A stretch of 64,000 nucleotides of DNA from Octopus vulgaris (lineage: Eukaryota): the NCBI GenBank assembly GCA_951406725.2, contig OX597830.1, forward strand, positions 12,152,001 through 12,216,000, written 5' to 3'. This document shows positions 1 to 12,635 of the stretch, piece after piece. Within the stretch, counting starts at the first letter, position 1. Each line of letters opens with the position of its first letter. Both the position numbers and the translations under genes were made by a program. The notes under the pieces are model-generated. The model saw only the letters and a list, made by a program, of their open reading frames with translations, had not been told where the DNA came from and did not search any database.

Positions 1-2099
1 CTCTGCTTTTTTTTTCTTTTGCCTGCTTCACCAAAACCTATTAACAATTTAATTCTGAACAGTCAATGTATGCGTGTGTGTCTGTCTGTGTATGCATGTA
101 CATATATTAAGTACTGTGCATATGTGTGTGTGTATGTATAGTTTATTAGGCATTTCATTCTTGGTTTTATGAATTAGAAAATAATTTACCAAGTACAATG
201 AAACAAATAAATATATTTCATGCTAATCTTCCAGATGGCTTTTATCATAGATGTAGAAATGCAAATAAATTTATGGCATCAATAATATACAATGGACTTT
301 CTGAATATGGTCCAAATTACATGATGTTTCAATCTATTAATTTAAAGTTTTTGTTACGCATAGATTCTGATACATTATTATATTTATTTCAGTTTTCTTT
401 TTATTAATTCTCTTTATTTTCTTATTTGTTGTTTAATTTTCATTTTGCAATTTTATTTCTATGTTATTATTCTAACAAGAATTTTATCATTTAGATTTTT
501 AATCTTCAATTCCTAAACTACTACGGATAGTGCATTCTTTCCATATCATATTTAAAAAGATATTTATAATTACCACTTAATTATCATACTTATTTTAGGT
601 TAACCCTAATTTCCCAATTAAAACTTCCAAAGTGATTATTATTATAGCAGATCGCTGTATTACTTAAAAACTTATGTGATCTTTTTCATTTTGGAAAAAT
701 TAACAAATAGAATATTACTGTACTAATTAATAAATTATATACATTTTTTTATCAGATATTTTGTACACTGATAGACATAATAGTTGATTTATTTTGCAAA
801 ATCTCAATAGCGCTTAAAGATGGTAAGATAAACTTCAAGTAACTTAGGTGAATTATCACAGAAATGTACCCAGTTTTTAATAAAGTAAAAAAAAAAGAAG
901 ATAATTATAGGCTGAAATAAATTTAGTTTTATGCTACGACTGAAATTAATGAGCAAATCACTGAATGCTTGACAAGAATTTTTGAAGATTAATTTGATTG
1001 CATTTTGTTTGTAAATAAGTTATTTTAAGATTTCATTTTGTTTCTTTTGACAGGATTTTGATTGTCTTGAGTTACTTTTTATTTTCTTTTGTTTTCCTCT
1101 TTTGAACATTTTAAAGTCATACACCATATAAATCAGGGTATTTAGTTTCCATACATTCTGCCAGAAAGTTTTCATAATGTCTGCACAAAAACTGCAGAAA
1201 TATATTTTGAATTATACTGTAATTATTTTGCTTTGCAAATTTGATATGATGGCAATTAATAATACCAATATGAATAATTAATGATTTATTGCTGAGAATA
1301 TAAGCAGCTCCAAATGTTACTAAATATTCCTGAGTCTAATACTTAATATTTAACTGATTTTGGAAATCATCACTAAAATTGAAAGAAAGTAATATTTTTG
1401 AAGTAATTTTAAAGGGTTTCTTTTGAAACAATATGACATAAGCAATTTTAAAATATTTCTTTTGAAAATAATCATTGACTTAAAATGTTGAAAGAGTTAA
1501 TAACTGATGTTTTGATTTAAAAAATTTTTATTAAGCAATGTTGAGTACTATATTTTCAAAATGTTATATTAGATTTATTTGTTGCTTCATTATTTATCTA
1601 GGCCAATTCTACTGTAGTATACTCAATATACTATTTTTGTATGAAAACTATTTTTCTATTTCTATTTTATAAGTTATAAGAACTGATATATCATTAGTTT
1701 TAATTATGATGGTATTTCATTTTAAACAGAACTACTTTTAATATTGTTTTATTTTACGATATTTTAGTCAATAATCTCAAATTTATGTATTTCAATGATA
1801 CTTAAACTATAATATAAAATCAATACGATGCGAACTCGCCCTTTTCTTTTACTATTGATAAATATTTATCTTTTCTATTAGTAATCATATTAGGTTTTTA
1901 GTTATGAAACTTAAATGTCTATAAAATTGGTATTTTTTCTGAAATTATATACATGTTTAAGTGAATAAGCCTACGCATAGTAAGGATGAAAGGCAAAGTT
2001 GACCTCAGGGAAATATGAACTCAGAATGTAACGATGTACGAAATGTTGCTAAGCATTTTATTCAGTATGCTAACAGCTCAGCCAACTTGGTGCCTAATG

Positions 2100-2163
<64 letters not shown>

Positions 2164-2838
2164 TTATAATAAATAATGAAAGCATATAGAATATGTGATG
2201 TCACATATCTTAGATTTGGCTATAAAAACTCCAAAACCTGAATTTTTACAATTCTTTTAATTTATGATTTAAAGTTTGTTATAATTGGTTGGCCTGTGAA
2301 AGAAAGAGTAGCATCTATCACCTGTTCATACCCTCAAAAACTGAAGAATAGAGATAAATGATTAAGATTAATGAAAATATTCAATTTGCATTTGTATAGG
2401 TTAGTAATTGAAGGAAAGAAAAATAATGACAAGGAACAAGCTGTAGAGCTATCCAGATCTGAAGACAATGGATTGGATACAGTGACACAAAGTGAGAAGA
2501 GAATGAGAGCCAGGTGCACTGGGTGTATTTAGGTAGAGTTGATATTGGTTAGTGTACAGGCATTAAGCTCAAAAGGCTGAATTCACTATAAGAGTTGAAG
2601 AAGAGATACTTAGGGGAATTCGGAGTAAAATGTGGTTGGGTGACAGCTTGCCAACCAAAATTTAAATCATTCTTTGTAAATATACAAAAAAGAAAGAAGA
2701 GTATTTATTCAATACTCTTTGGTAAGAAATATTATTGTGAGTGCTAAATCAAAGGCATATTCATACCTGCTGTATGTCATATTTAAATTACAGCTTCTAG
2801 CTGTCTCCTTTTTCTTTTCAATTTCTGCATACTCCTAG

Positions 2839-2846
2839 TCCCTCAG
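2839..2846 (+). other. Candidate 8-nt microexon (TCCCTCAG) or recursive splice site (CAG|GTAAAA)
   Basis: About 40 nt pyrimidine tract (2800-2836), TAG at 2836-2838, then tccctcAG|GTAAAA donor-like junction. Confidence 0.35.
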
Positions 2847-3018
2847 GTAAAAAAAAATATTTATCATATAGATTCTGTTGCTATATTTGACAGAAGAATT
2901 TTGCTTTTGGCAAGAAATTAAGCCATTGTGATATGCACTTTTCCATATACAGAATGGTTATCATGGAAATTATGGTTACAGAAATATAGTAATTTCAGTT
3001 GTCTGTTGTTCTTGAATA

Positions 3019-3466
3019 TTAACCCTTTCGTTACTAACTCAGCTGAAACCGGCTCTGGCTCTGAGTACAAATGTCTTATTTTCATAAGTTTTAAATTAAA
3101 ATCTTCCACCAAACTTTAGTCACAATTTATGTTCCTAACAGTAGCTTAATGATAACCAAGTTATTTTACTAAATTCTTTGTTATATTTAAAGTAATTTAA
3201 CTCTTTTGTTACTGTATATATTTTGAAATGCTCTGTGTTTCTTTCAATTATTTTAAATATAACAAAGAATTTAGTAAAATGACTTGGTTATCATTAAGCT
3301 AGTGTTAGGAACATAAATTGTGACTAAGGTTTGGTGGAAGATTTTAATTCAGAACTTTTGAAAACAAGACTTTTGTATTACAGAGCTTGAGCCGGTTTTG
3401 GCCGGGTTGGTAACGAAAGGGTTAAAGAAACACAGAGCAAAATAAATACAGTAACAAAAGGGTTAA
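3019..3466. mobile_element. Two nested copies of a TTAA-specific (piggyBac-like) MITE in opposite orientation
   Basis: Outer copy TTAA-CCCTTT...AAAGGG-TTAA (3019-3466). Inner inverted copy bounded by TTAA at 3197-3200 and 3422-3425. Confidence 0.8.
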
Positions 3467-4528
3467 AGGGTGATATGTTGCTATTTGTTTGGTTTATTAA
3501 GAAGTGATTTTATTTTATGTTATGTATTGATAATTAATCAGCCCGTTGATAAGTATTTCCCTTGTAATTATTACTGGAAATGATATATATTGGATAGAAA
3601 TTTTTATGTTGTATATAGGTGAGGCATGTAGACTGAAAGTGAATGATAAATGATTGATGATTGATGCCATTTGTGTAAGTATGGTGGGGAGGGTTGGGGT
3701 TAAAGTTGAATGACTGTTGGTTGTTGAAAAGAAGAAAAGGTGTAGGATAGATAGATACATGTGTGTTGATAGACTGAATTTTGTTAAGGGATTTGTCAAC
3801 ACACTGTGGGAGGTGAACTGTTAGGAAGCTTTTGAATAAACAGTTTAGGGATGCATAGATCTCATGAAAGAAATGGATGAAGGCTTTACTGACGCTCAGC
3901 GAAACTATAATTTTCTTAATAGATCCAAAGTGTGTGAGCTAATGGGTCCATAGATTTCATTTTTTAAAATCTTAAAATAAACAGACTTTCCCCAACTAGG
4001 ATTATGTAAAGATATCAGATTAGCAGATTTGTACAACCTGAATAACCTTAAGACAGATGCGATTAGGAAACTACTAATAAACATATTTAACGAATAAAGT
4101 CTAAAAATAACTATGAACACTAATTTTTGAATCACAAAATCTTTAGACATTACATTAAGCTTGACTTCAGGTAACAATTAAGATATAGTTTATATAAACA
4201 ATGACTCTAACCATCTTGTCACAGTTATTAAAATATAAAGATGCATTCAATCTATTCTCCAATAGGAATATATTCAGTTGAGCTGTACTCTTCTATAATG
4301 ATGTATGAAGAAGAAACAACTACAAAGAAAAATAAAATGGAAATCTCACAAAACTGTAGAGCTAAGAAAAGAAGTGTGATGCAATTTATCCCTAGTCCTA
4401 AACATAAGTGTAGGTTCTAATTTAGGACTTACTTTCTTGTCCTTAATAAAATACATTTTCCTGTTACACATAAATATAATAATCTTTTCAATAAACATAT
4501 ACATACATATAATTGTATATACACATAT

Positions 4529-4818
4529 GGAGGCACATGGCCTAGTGGTTAGAGCAGTAGACTCATGGTCGAGGAACCGCGGGTTCGAATCTCAGAACTG
4601 GAGATGTGTGTGTTTATGAGCAAAACACCTAAGTGCCATGCGGCTCTGGCAGAAGGTAATGATGAAACTTCTGCTGACTCTTTCGCCACAAACTTTCTCT
4701 CACTCTTTCCTCCTGCATTTGCAGCTCACCTGCAATGGACCAGCGTCCTGTCCAGGTGGGGAACCTATATGCCAAGGAAACCGGCCCTCATGAGCCAGGC
4801 ATGGCTCGAGAAGAAATA
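4529..4818 (+). mobile_element. tRNA-derived SINE (V-domain-like body)
   Basis: A box tggcctagtgg, B box ggttcgaatc; body tgcaatggaccagcgtcctgtccagg; a related inverted fragment lies at about 40090-40240. Confidence 0.7.
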
Positions 4819-5634
4819 ATATACACATATATAAACACACACATATATAAATATGTTCGTGTACTTAAAACAAAAAAGAAGTTGATTCTTTTGAAGCTGG
4901 TAATTCACTCAGTTGCTACTGAAAATTTCCGATTACCTGTGATGCGTCAGAATAAAAATATGAATGGAAAAACTGTGGATGAAGCTAGCAGAAGAGGGAG
5001 ACCCAGGAAGATATGGGACAAAGCGGTGAAGGCTGATCTCAGGATGTTGAACCTCACAGAGGAATTGACAAGAGAATGGGATGATTGGAAATATATGGTT
5101 CTTGAGAAGACCTACCCAACTCATTTAAACTAAGTTCTAAAAGTACTCTGTGTGTGTGTGTGTATGAGAGTATGCATAAGTAGGTCTTTGTTCAGTTTCT
5201 TCCTCAAGATACCTCCATCACCCTTCATCTCTATAACTTCAGCTTTTCCTGTTAACACTAATCTTTCTCACTTCCCAGAATCATTTCACTTGATATCCAT
5301 CTCTCATCCTTAATACTGTTCTCTCCATCCATGTTTCATATTAACCCCTACTGACTCCCCCTCCCCTACCTTGAGACACCAAATCACTTTACCTTCTCTA
5401 CCCCATAGGCCTCTCACGCTTTCCATGCACTGTACACTTGCATCTCTCTTCCCCTCTCTCACAACCTTCCCAACCACTCATCACCCTTTCTCATCCTTCC
5501 CCTGTCTATTGTATTATCATTGTATTATCATTCCTATTCAGTTTTACTCACTCCCACTCCTTATCCACCATTCACTACATCTACCCCACAATTATATTCA
5601 TTATCTACAATTGTCAGCTACTCTTCCCTATTTA

Positions 5635-5868
5635 CCTATTTCTTTATTACCCACAAGGGGCTAAACACAGAGAGGACAAACAAGGACAGACATAGGTATT
5701 AAGTCGATTATATCTACCTCAGTGCGTAACTAGTACTTAATTTATCGATTCTGAAAGGATGAAAGGCAAAGTCGACCTCGGCAAAATTTGAACTCAGAAT
5801 GCAACGGCAGACGAAATACGGCTACGCATTTCGCCCGGTGTGCTAACGATTCTGCCAGCTTGCCGCCC
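5635..5868 (-). mobile_element. SINE family B (partial or diverged copies also at 1983-2095, 14872-15003, 38776-38935, 45628-45710)
   Basis: Reverse complement match to family B. Confidence 0.85.
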
Positions 5869-6406
5869 CTCTTCCCTATTTACCATCCACTCCACACTTT
5901 CATTCTTTACATTAATCCCTCTCAAACTTCTCAGCTTTCATTTTACTATACACTCTTGCGAACATTATCCACCCAAAATTGGGGGTTCACACAGACATCT
6001 CATCACCTCTGTTATATCTCTCTTTTCAGCTCTACCCTGGTTGTAGCCCCTCATCAGCAAGAAATCTATTCTGTTTTGATCTCCTTTTCTCATACTTTAA
6101 TCCCCCGTCTTCTAGCATAAAGCCTCCTCTCTTGGAATTTGTATTCTTGCAAGTTGCATGGGGACCTCACTAGTGCTGGTGGCACACACAAAAAAGATCA
6201 CCAAGGAAATTCTCCAAAGTGATTGGCATTGGGAAAGTCAGCCAGCAATTTGAAAACATGCCAAAGTGGACATGATACAATTCTCTGACCTATTGTATCG
6301 TGTCAAACTGTCCAACCTATACCAGCAGGGAACATAGATATCAAATGATCATGATGGTGATGGTTCATGATGATGATAATGATAGTGGTGATGGTGGTGG
6401 TGGGGG

Positions 6407-6465
<59 letters not shown>

Positions 6466-6768
6466 TTTTTCTTAGACATTGTGAGACTAATGACCTGGTG
6501 TAGAACTCAATATAAGTGTGCCTCAGAACGACGCATTAGTCAAATACAGAGTGCTAATAAGGAAATAAGATAACAAAGGAATAAAGGATTATCTTATGAA
6601 CTTCATTAGCTTACAACTGTTTCTGTTATAAGATGCAATGGACTCAGAGTTGAGTATCACCTTGTAGTTTCATCATAGCCTTGAATATGAAGTGCAGTTT
6701 ATTAAATAAACTACACTTCATATTTGAAGCTTCAATGAAGCTGTGAGCAAATGGAATGTGTATATATA

Positions 6769-6833
<65 letters not shown>

Positions 6834-7110
6834 GTCGTATACTGTCAACTCAATGTGACAGTCCCATAAGGGAATTACACCCGCCATTTAGCCCTAGGAA
6901 ACATCGATGTCTCCTGTTGACACACACAGATAGCTATGGGTATGAATGTGTGATAATAAATTTGCTTCCTAGCTCGGCTACATGGATCCAATCGAAACAG
7001 GGGACCTGAAATGACAAGGTTGAGAAATGCTGTTATAGATTAAGCCTAACCGAAAATGATCATAGCCACATCATCCAAACAGGCTGGGTGAAACCAGGCT
7101 TAGCTGCTAG

Positions 7111-7135
<25 letters not shown>

Positions 7136-7143
<8 letters not shown>

Positions 7144-7347
7144 AAAGGGCTTAGTAAAATAAATTACTTTGCCACATACTGAACTCATTAGAAATAGCAG
7201 CTAAAAAAATTTTTTAAAACTATTTCTAATACTTAAAGAAAATACTTAAAGTATTAGAAATAGTTTAAAAAAATTTTTTTAGCTGCTATTTCTAATGAGT
7301 TCAGTATGTGGCAAAGTAATTTATTTTACTAAGCCCTTTTATATAAT
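7136..7347. repeat. Near-perfect inverted repeat with arms of about 100 bp and a spacer of about 14 nt
   Basis: attatataaaagggcttagtaaaataaattactttgccacatactgaactc... is mirrored by ...gagttcagtatgtggcaaagtaatttattttactaagcccttttatataat. Confidence 0.95.
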
Positions 7348-7439
7348 GTAATAATTTGAATTCGCCTAAATGGTCCCTTTACATACTGAATACTTGGTGA
7401 AATTGATTAATAATTAATTAATTTTACCCTCAATTGTTG

Positions 7440-7474
<35 letters not shown>

Positions 7475-7777
7475 GTGTATACATACATACATATATATAT
7501 ATATAATTCAAACACTTACATACATACACACACACACCCTGAATACCAAAAAAATACTGAGAAGTAATGCAGTGAATTTTCAGTACTACTCTCTGGTAAA
7601 TGTACAAAATATTCTTATTCTTGTCTGTGCATTCACAGTTTATATGTTTTTGATGTTTTGTTAAGACTGTGTAATCAACACAAACAGCATGTGTAGACTA
7701 TTATCATATGCTTAGTTCATTTATATTTTTATTCTGTTTCAATATGGGTATGCTTATTTTTTTTTCTTATCTTTTAG

Positions 7778-7802
7778 TCAGGAGGGAAAGCAGTGCTCAT
7801 GA
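7778..7802 (+). CDS. Candidate alternative terminal exon of PCBP: (S)QEGKQCS* in phase 2; a second acceptor 4 nt downstream would give (R)RESSAHDQLQSL*
   Basis: Long pyrimidine tract ttattttttttcttatcttttAG (7776-7777), then an abrupt switch to non-repetitive, GC-richer sequence (7778-8021). The reading phase is assumed from the other two exons. Confidence 0.5.
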
Positions 7803-8246
7803 CCAGTTACAGAGCCTCTGATACTGTTGGGAGGGAAGAAGTTATCCTTAGACCAGAAACCTAATCCAAATGCTTGCTTAAAGGCATCCAAGATATCAGG
7901 CAGGGGTGTTAAACCAGGTGATGGGTTAAATCTACTATGTAGAACGTGGTTTGATTTGAACCCAGAATGCAAGGCATCCAGTCGAATGTTTTTCTGCAGG
8001 ATTTTGACTCAGAACTTCTAATGACTTTGCCACTCCACTACTTATGTGTTACTAAATTGCAATTAGTTTAAACTGCTTGCACCACTTTCGAGTTATTAGG
8101 CTATGTTTGTCTTTGAAAGCAAATTGTATTTGTACCAGTATTATTTTATGGTACTGTTTTAGCTATAACTTTTCATTTTGTGCATGTATAGCAACATTAT
8201 TTTTATTTCTGCTTTAATCTCATAATATTCTGCATTTATATATATA

Positions 8247-8745
8247 CTAGCAGTATTGCCCAGCTTTGCAAAATGGTCACATTTAATTCAAAGCATTAAA
8301 AATGTTATGAAAACAATTGGTATGTGTTCACAAAGTTCAAACGATTAATACAAAAAAAAACCCTCCAGGCTACATCCCGAAAATTCATTTCTTTGCCGAA
8401 TTTCTACAATGTTTACGGCGATTCGTTTTTATATCTTGATTTTTTTATTTTTCATGCAATTTACGCATGGTAAACACAGTTCACATCAAACAGCTGACTG
8501 AGTAAAGTTCACTATTCAATGCATGGGATAAGGACTAAACAAACACATTATCTATTTTTGCACTTGCGAGATGTGATTGCGGAACAGAAATAGCGCAGTT
8601 CAATTTTCATTCGCCTAAACTTTAAGTGACCCATTTTTGGTGGTTCTACAATTTGTTGGTTAGAACGAGATGTGCCGGGAAGTTAAACACACAAACACAC
8701 ACACATATACACACACAGACACACAAGTTGAGTTTTATATATATA
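8247..8745 (-). mobile_element. Diverged non-autonomous Helitron (other Helitron-like ends at 7081-7110 and 10268-10300)
   Basis: ctagcagtattgcccagc end is homologous to the 61801 terminus; ttttatatata at the other end. Confidence 0.5.
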
Positions 8746-8930
8746 TATATATATATCTCTTTCTGACAGTTTTGATAGTTATAGCTATCAAAATTATAGC
8801 TAAAGTGTGTATTCATTTTTCATGAGTTCAATATCAAAAAGCAAATTTAGCAATTCTATCAGATATTAGTTGCAATCTGGCTCTTTTGAATCACAATTTA
8901 TGTATTATCTTTACATATTATCTTTAAATA

Positions 8931-9302
8931 GGCGTAGGAGTGGCTGTGTGGTAAGTAGCTTGCTTACCAACCACATGGTTCCGGGTTCAGTCCCACTGCG
9001 TGGCACCTTGGGCAAGTGTCTTCTACTATAGCTTCGGGCCGACCAAAGCCTTGTGAGTGGCTATGGTAGACGGAAACTGAAAGAAGCCCGTCGTATATAT
9101 GTATATATATGTGTGTCGCTTGACAACCAATGCTGGTGTGTTTACATCCCCGTAACTTAGCGGTTCGGCAAAAGATACCGATAGAATAAGTACTAGGCTT
9201 ACAAAGAGTAAGTCCTGGGGTCGATTTGCTCGGCTAAAGGCGGTGCTCCAGCATGGCCACAGCCACATGACTGAAACAAGTAAAAGAGTAAAGAGTAAGA
9301 GT
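8931..9302 (+). mobile_element. SINE family A (tRNA head, internal TA/TG tract, taaaagag tail)
   Basis: ggcgtaggagtggctgtgtggtaag...ggttcagtcc head; at least 8 copies in the window. Confidence 0.9.
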
Positions 9303-9479
9303 ATATGAAATTAAGAAATGCCAATACTCATTGAACTTGTAAGTGTATAATTTCACCTTCTTGGATTTTCTACAAATTTTCATAACAATTTGTCTGTACA
9401 GTGTGAGGGATTCTTTTTATAGAATATAGTATTATAAATAACAACATAAACAAGTTTAAACAGTGATTTATGTAAGCAG

Positions 9480-10262
9480 TGGGAGTGGTTCTTTCCCTAA
9501 TGCTAAAAATATTCTTTATAGCTCCATACCATATAAGACAAATATGTTGCGTCTTTCATTGCTATCTCTAAGTAAAGCCAAGTCCTGTGTATATCTTTCC
9601 TTGGGGGTATTTCCGGTCATTCCCATGTAAGTTCTTGTGGTCCAATCCATGTCAGTGATATTGGCCTTATAAATCAGTTCTTTTTCATGGCATGTATTGT
9701 TTAGAGGACATTTACCAGGGGATCTAGTGATACAAGATTTCTGTGCATGTTCCTAGCGCTATGATTCTTATTGTAACTGAAGATGGTTGTACCTATATGG
9801 GGAAAGCAATTATAGCTAATTTTAACCATGTTTCTTTGTGGTTACTTTATGAAGCCTGCTTCATCAGCGGATATGTTGGAAACATGCCTGTTTATGCTAT
9901 TTATTGTTGATGGTGGATGGTTACAGCTGCTGTTGATACATGATGTATCCCTTGTTAGGCTTGTGGAAAACCTATATTTTCCTGTGTGAAGGTTCATGTT
10001 AACATCTAAGAAATTAGCTTCTTCGAGATAAGTGCTAACTCTAATTCTTAGATTGAGTTGATTAAATATCATGCATAACTTCTATATATCATAGCCATTC
10101 TTATTATGCCTTACTCCATCATCCCTATATAAATCTATGTTAGCATCCTTTACGACATTGTTAGGGATATGTAAGATGAAAAGGCCAACCAGATCCACTA
10201 TCTTTGCTCCATCAGGCATCCCCATAGCAACATCAAATAGTTCATCTCCATTCTTTTTCACC
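9480..10262 (-). mobile_element. Penelope-like element remnant (RT and GIY-YIG endonuclease)
   Basis: Minus strand encodes FDVAMGMPDGAKIVDLVGLFIL...LYRDDGV (RT), NFLDVNMNL, CNHPPS and LIYKANIT...TYMGMTGNTPKERY (GIY-YIG); frameshifted. Confidence 0.85.
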
Positions 10263-10665
10263 CAGTATCTCTATATATATAAATGGCAAAATGTCTGCGT
10301 GCGTGTCCTTTATACAAATCCACAATCTTTCAGTTAGAGGGCTCGCACCTTCTATGGTCATTTAAAACCGTCCAATGGTGGTCGTGCACATCTTTACATT
10401 TCCCCAGTCACTCTGCAAAGCCATTAAAAAATCAATAGAAGTGAATTTTTGGGGAATTTTCTATCCAAAACCCAATCAAAATGCCCGAAACTTGATACGC
10501 CAATTGAATGCCAGCTAGCTGTATGTGATTGGTCGGTGATTTGGACAGTACTCACGTGTATGTGTGCACGCACGCAACCGTATATGCATGCACTAGCAGT
10601 ATGACCTGTATGTATGTATGTATGTATATATGTATGTATGTATGTATGTATGTGTGTATACACAC

Positions 10666-10697
<32 letters not shown>

Positions 10698-11118
10698 GTA
10701 GATAGATAGATAGGGAGAGAGAGAGGAGAGCACTGATAGCTTTATATGGCTAGTAAAAACTAAAAAAATTACTCATATTAAGTTTGTAGAGTGTGAATAT
10801 ATTTTAAATTTTGTATAGCTTATTACTCAGAGTTTCTTACTAGAAATACTCTTCAGGTAATCTTCTTCAATTGAAGATCACTCTGAGTAAGGGCTCAAAT
10901 AGCAGGTTACATTTAGATAATAACGTAATATGTTTAACTACACATGCATACATATATATACATGCACTGATGCATACATGCATACAAGCATACTGTTCAT
11001 TTACTCAAGCAGTAGCAATTAAAGCCTAGGATGTCAACATTCACATACATTTGCATGCGTGCACACACACACACACATGATCTTCTACATCAGTTTCCTC
11101 ATGTCAGTTCCACTTACA

Positions 11119-11172
<54 letters not shown>

Positions 11173-11530
11173 CCCTGTGTATTGCTAGAGACTCACTTAC
11201 AGAACTTCAAGTTTCTATGTCAACAATATGATCATCACCACACCTCTTCAGCTGTCATAATCCTGGTGCGCTTATCATCATGAATAAATCTACACTGCCC
11301 ATGGAAAGAAAACATCCCCTTTGGGCATTAGATTTTACAAAGGAAAAACTTCTTGGCTTGATTGCCTGAACATGTCTAAAACCCCATTATCTGTTGGTTG
11401 AAATATTTATGAAGGAATAAATTAAATGATATAAATATGTAAATGAATGAAGAATAGATCACAGCTTCTTGTAAATGAAACTTTGAAAAATAGGATATTG
11501 ATGTTAAAATAGTATCATGAACCTTGGAAG

Positions 11531-11533
<3 letters not shown>

Positions 11534-11591
<58 letters not shown>

Positions 11592-11730
11592 GTATATATA
11601 TATGTATATATGTATATATATATATATGTATATGTATGTATATATATATGTATATATGTATATATATATATATGTATATATGTATGTATATATATATGTA
11701 TATATGTATGTATATATATATGTATATATG

Positions 11731-11762
<32 letters not shown>

Positions 11763-11960
11763 TATATATATATGTATGTATATATATATATGTATATATG
11801 TATGTATATATATATATGTATATATGTATATATATGTATATATATATATGTATATATGTATATATATGTATGTATATATGTATATATGTATATATATGTA
11901 TGTATATATGTATATATGTATATATATGTATGTATATATGTATATATATGTATGTATATA

Positions 11961-12002
<42 letters not shown>
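11534..12002. repeat. (TA)n/(TATG)n microsatellite
   Basis: Direct inspection. Confidence 0.95.
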
Positions 12003-12005
<3 letters not shown>

Positions 12006-12022
12006 TTTGAAACAGGATCGCA

Positions 12023-12081
12023 AATAGCGGACATATGTTTCTGGATCCACGTTTGCGATCCAGAAACATATGTCCGCTATT
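12023..12081. repeat. Perfect 25-bp inverted repeat with 9-nt loop
   Basis: aatagcggacatatgtttctggatc-cacgtttgc-gatccagaaacatatgtccgctatt. Confidence 0.95.
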
Positions 12082-12379
12082 AACGGTAAGTGATTGAATT
12101 CGTATATTTGCCACTCCGGTTTTGTGTATGTGAGCCGTAAGGGCCTTCGTTTTTGGATTCTCCACTTATAGAAATTGGAAAAACGGTCTTTGACTGCCAT
12201 TTCTAATTCCTTCGGTATGAGGTGAAACAGCCTGCTGTTAGCCTTCTTATTTTTTTCTTTACTATATACTGAATTACAAAGGTCTTGACAATTAATTTGT
12301 CGTATTTATATACGAATACCGGTAAATAATTGTTGGTTACATGATAAACCACAGGAAAATTATTTACCATTTTTATGAA

Positions 12380-12484
12380 TTATATATATATATACATATA
12401 TATGTATATATATATACATATATATGTATATATATATATACATATATATGTATATATATATATATATACATACATACGTATATA

Positions 12485-12529
<45 letters not shown>

Positions 12530-12575
12530 GTATATAGATATGTATATATATATATACATACATATACACACATAC

Positions 12576-12632
<57 letters not shown>
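12380..12632. repeat. (TA)n-(CA)n compound microsatellite
   Basis: Direct inspection. Confidence 0.95.

Positions 12633-12635
<3 letters not shown>

Noticed and set aside
4529-4600. tRNA-like sequences with A and B boxes (also at 8931 and 39583)
   Set aside because: They are SINE heads that continue into SINE bodies, with no complete cloverleaf or terminator.
7794-7802. C-S-UGA as a selenocysteine codon
   Set aside because: No SECIS was identified by eye and PCBPs are not known selenoproteins; readthrough or editing is kept as the hypothesis instead.
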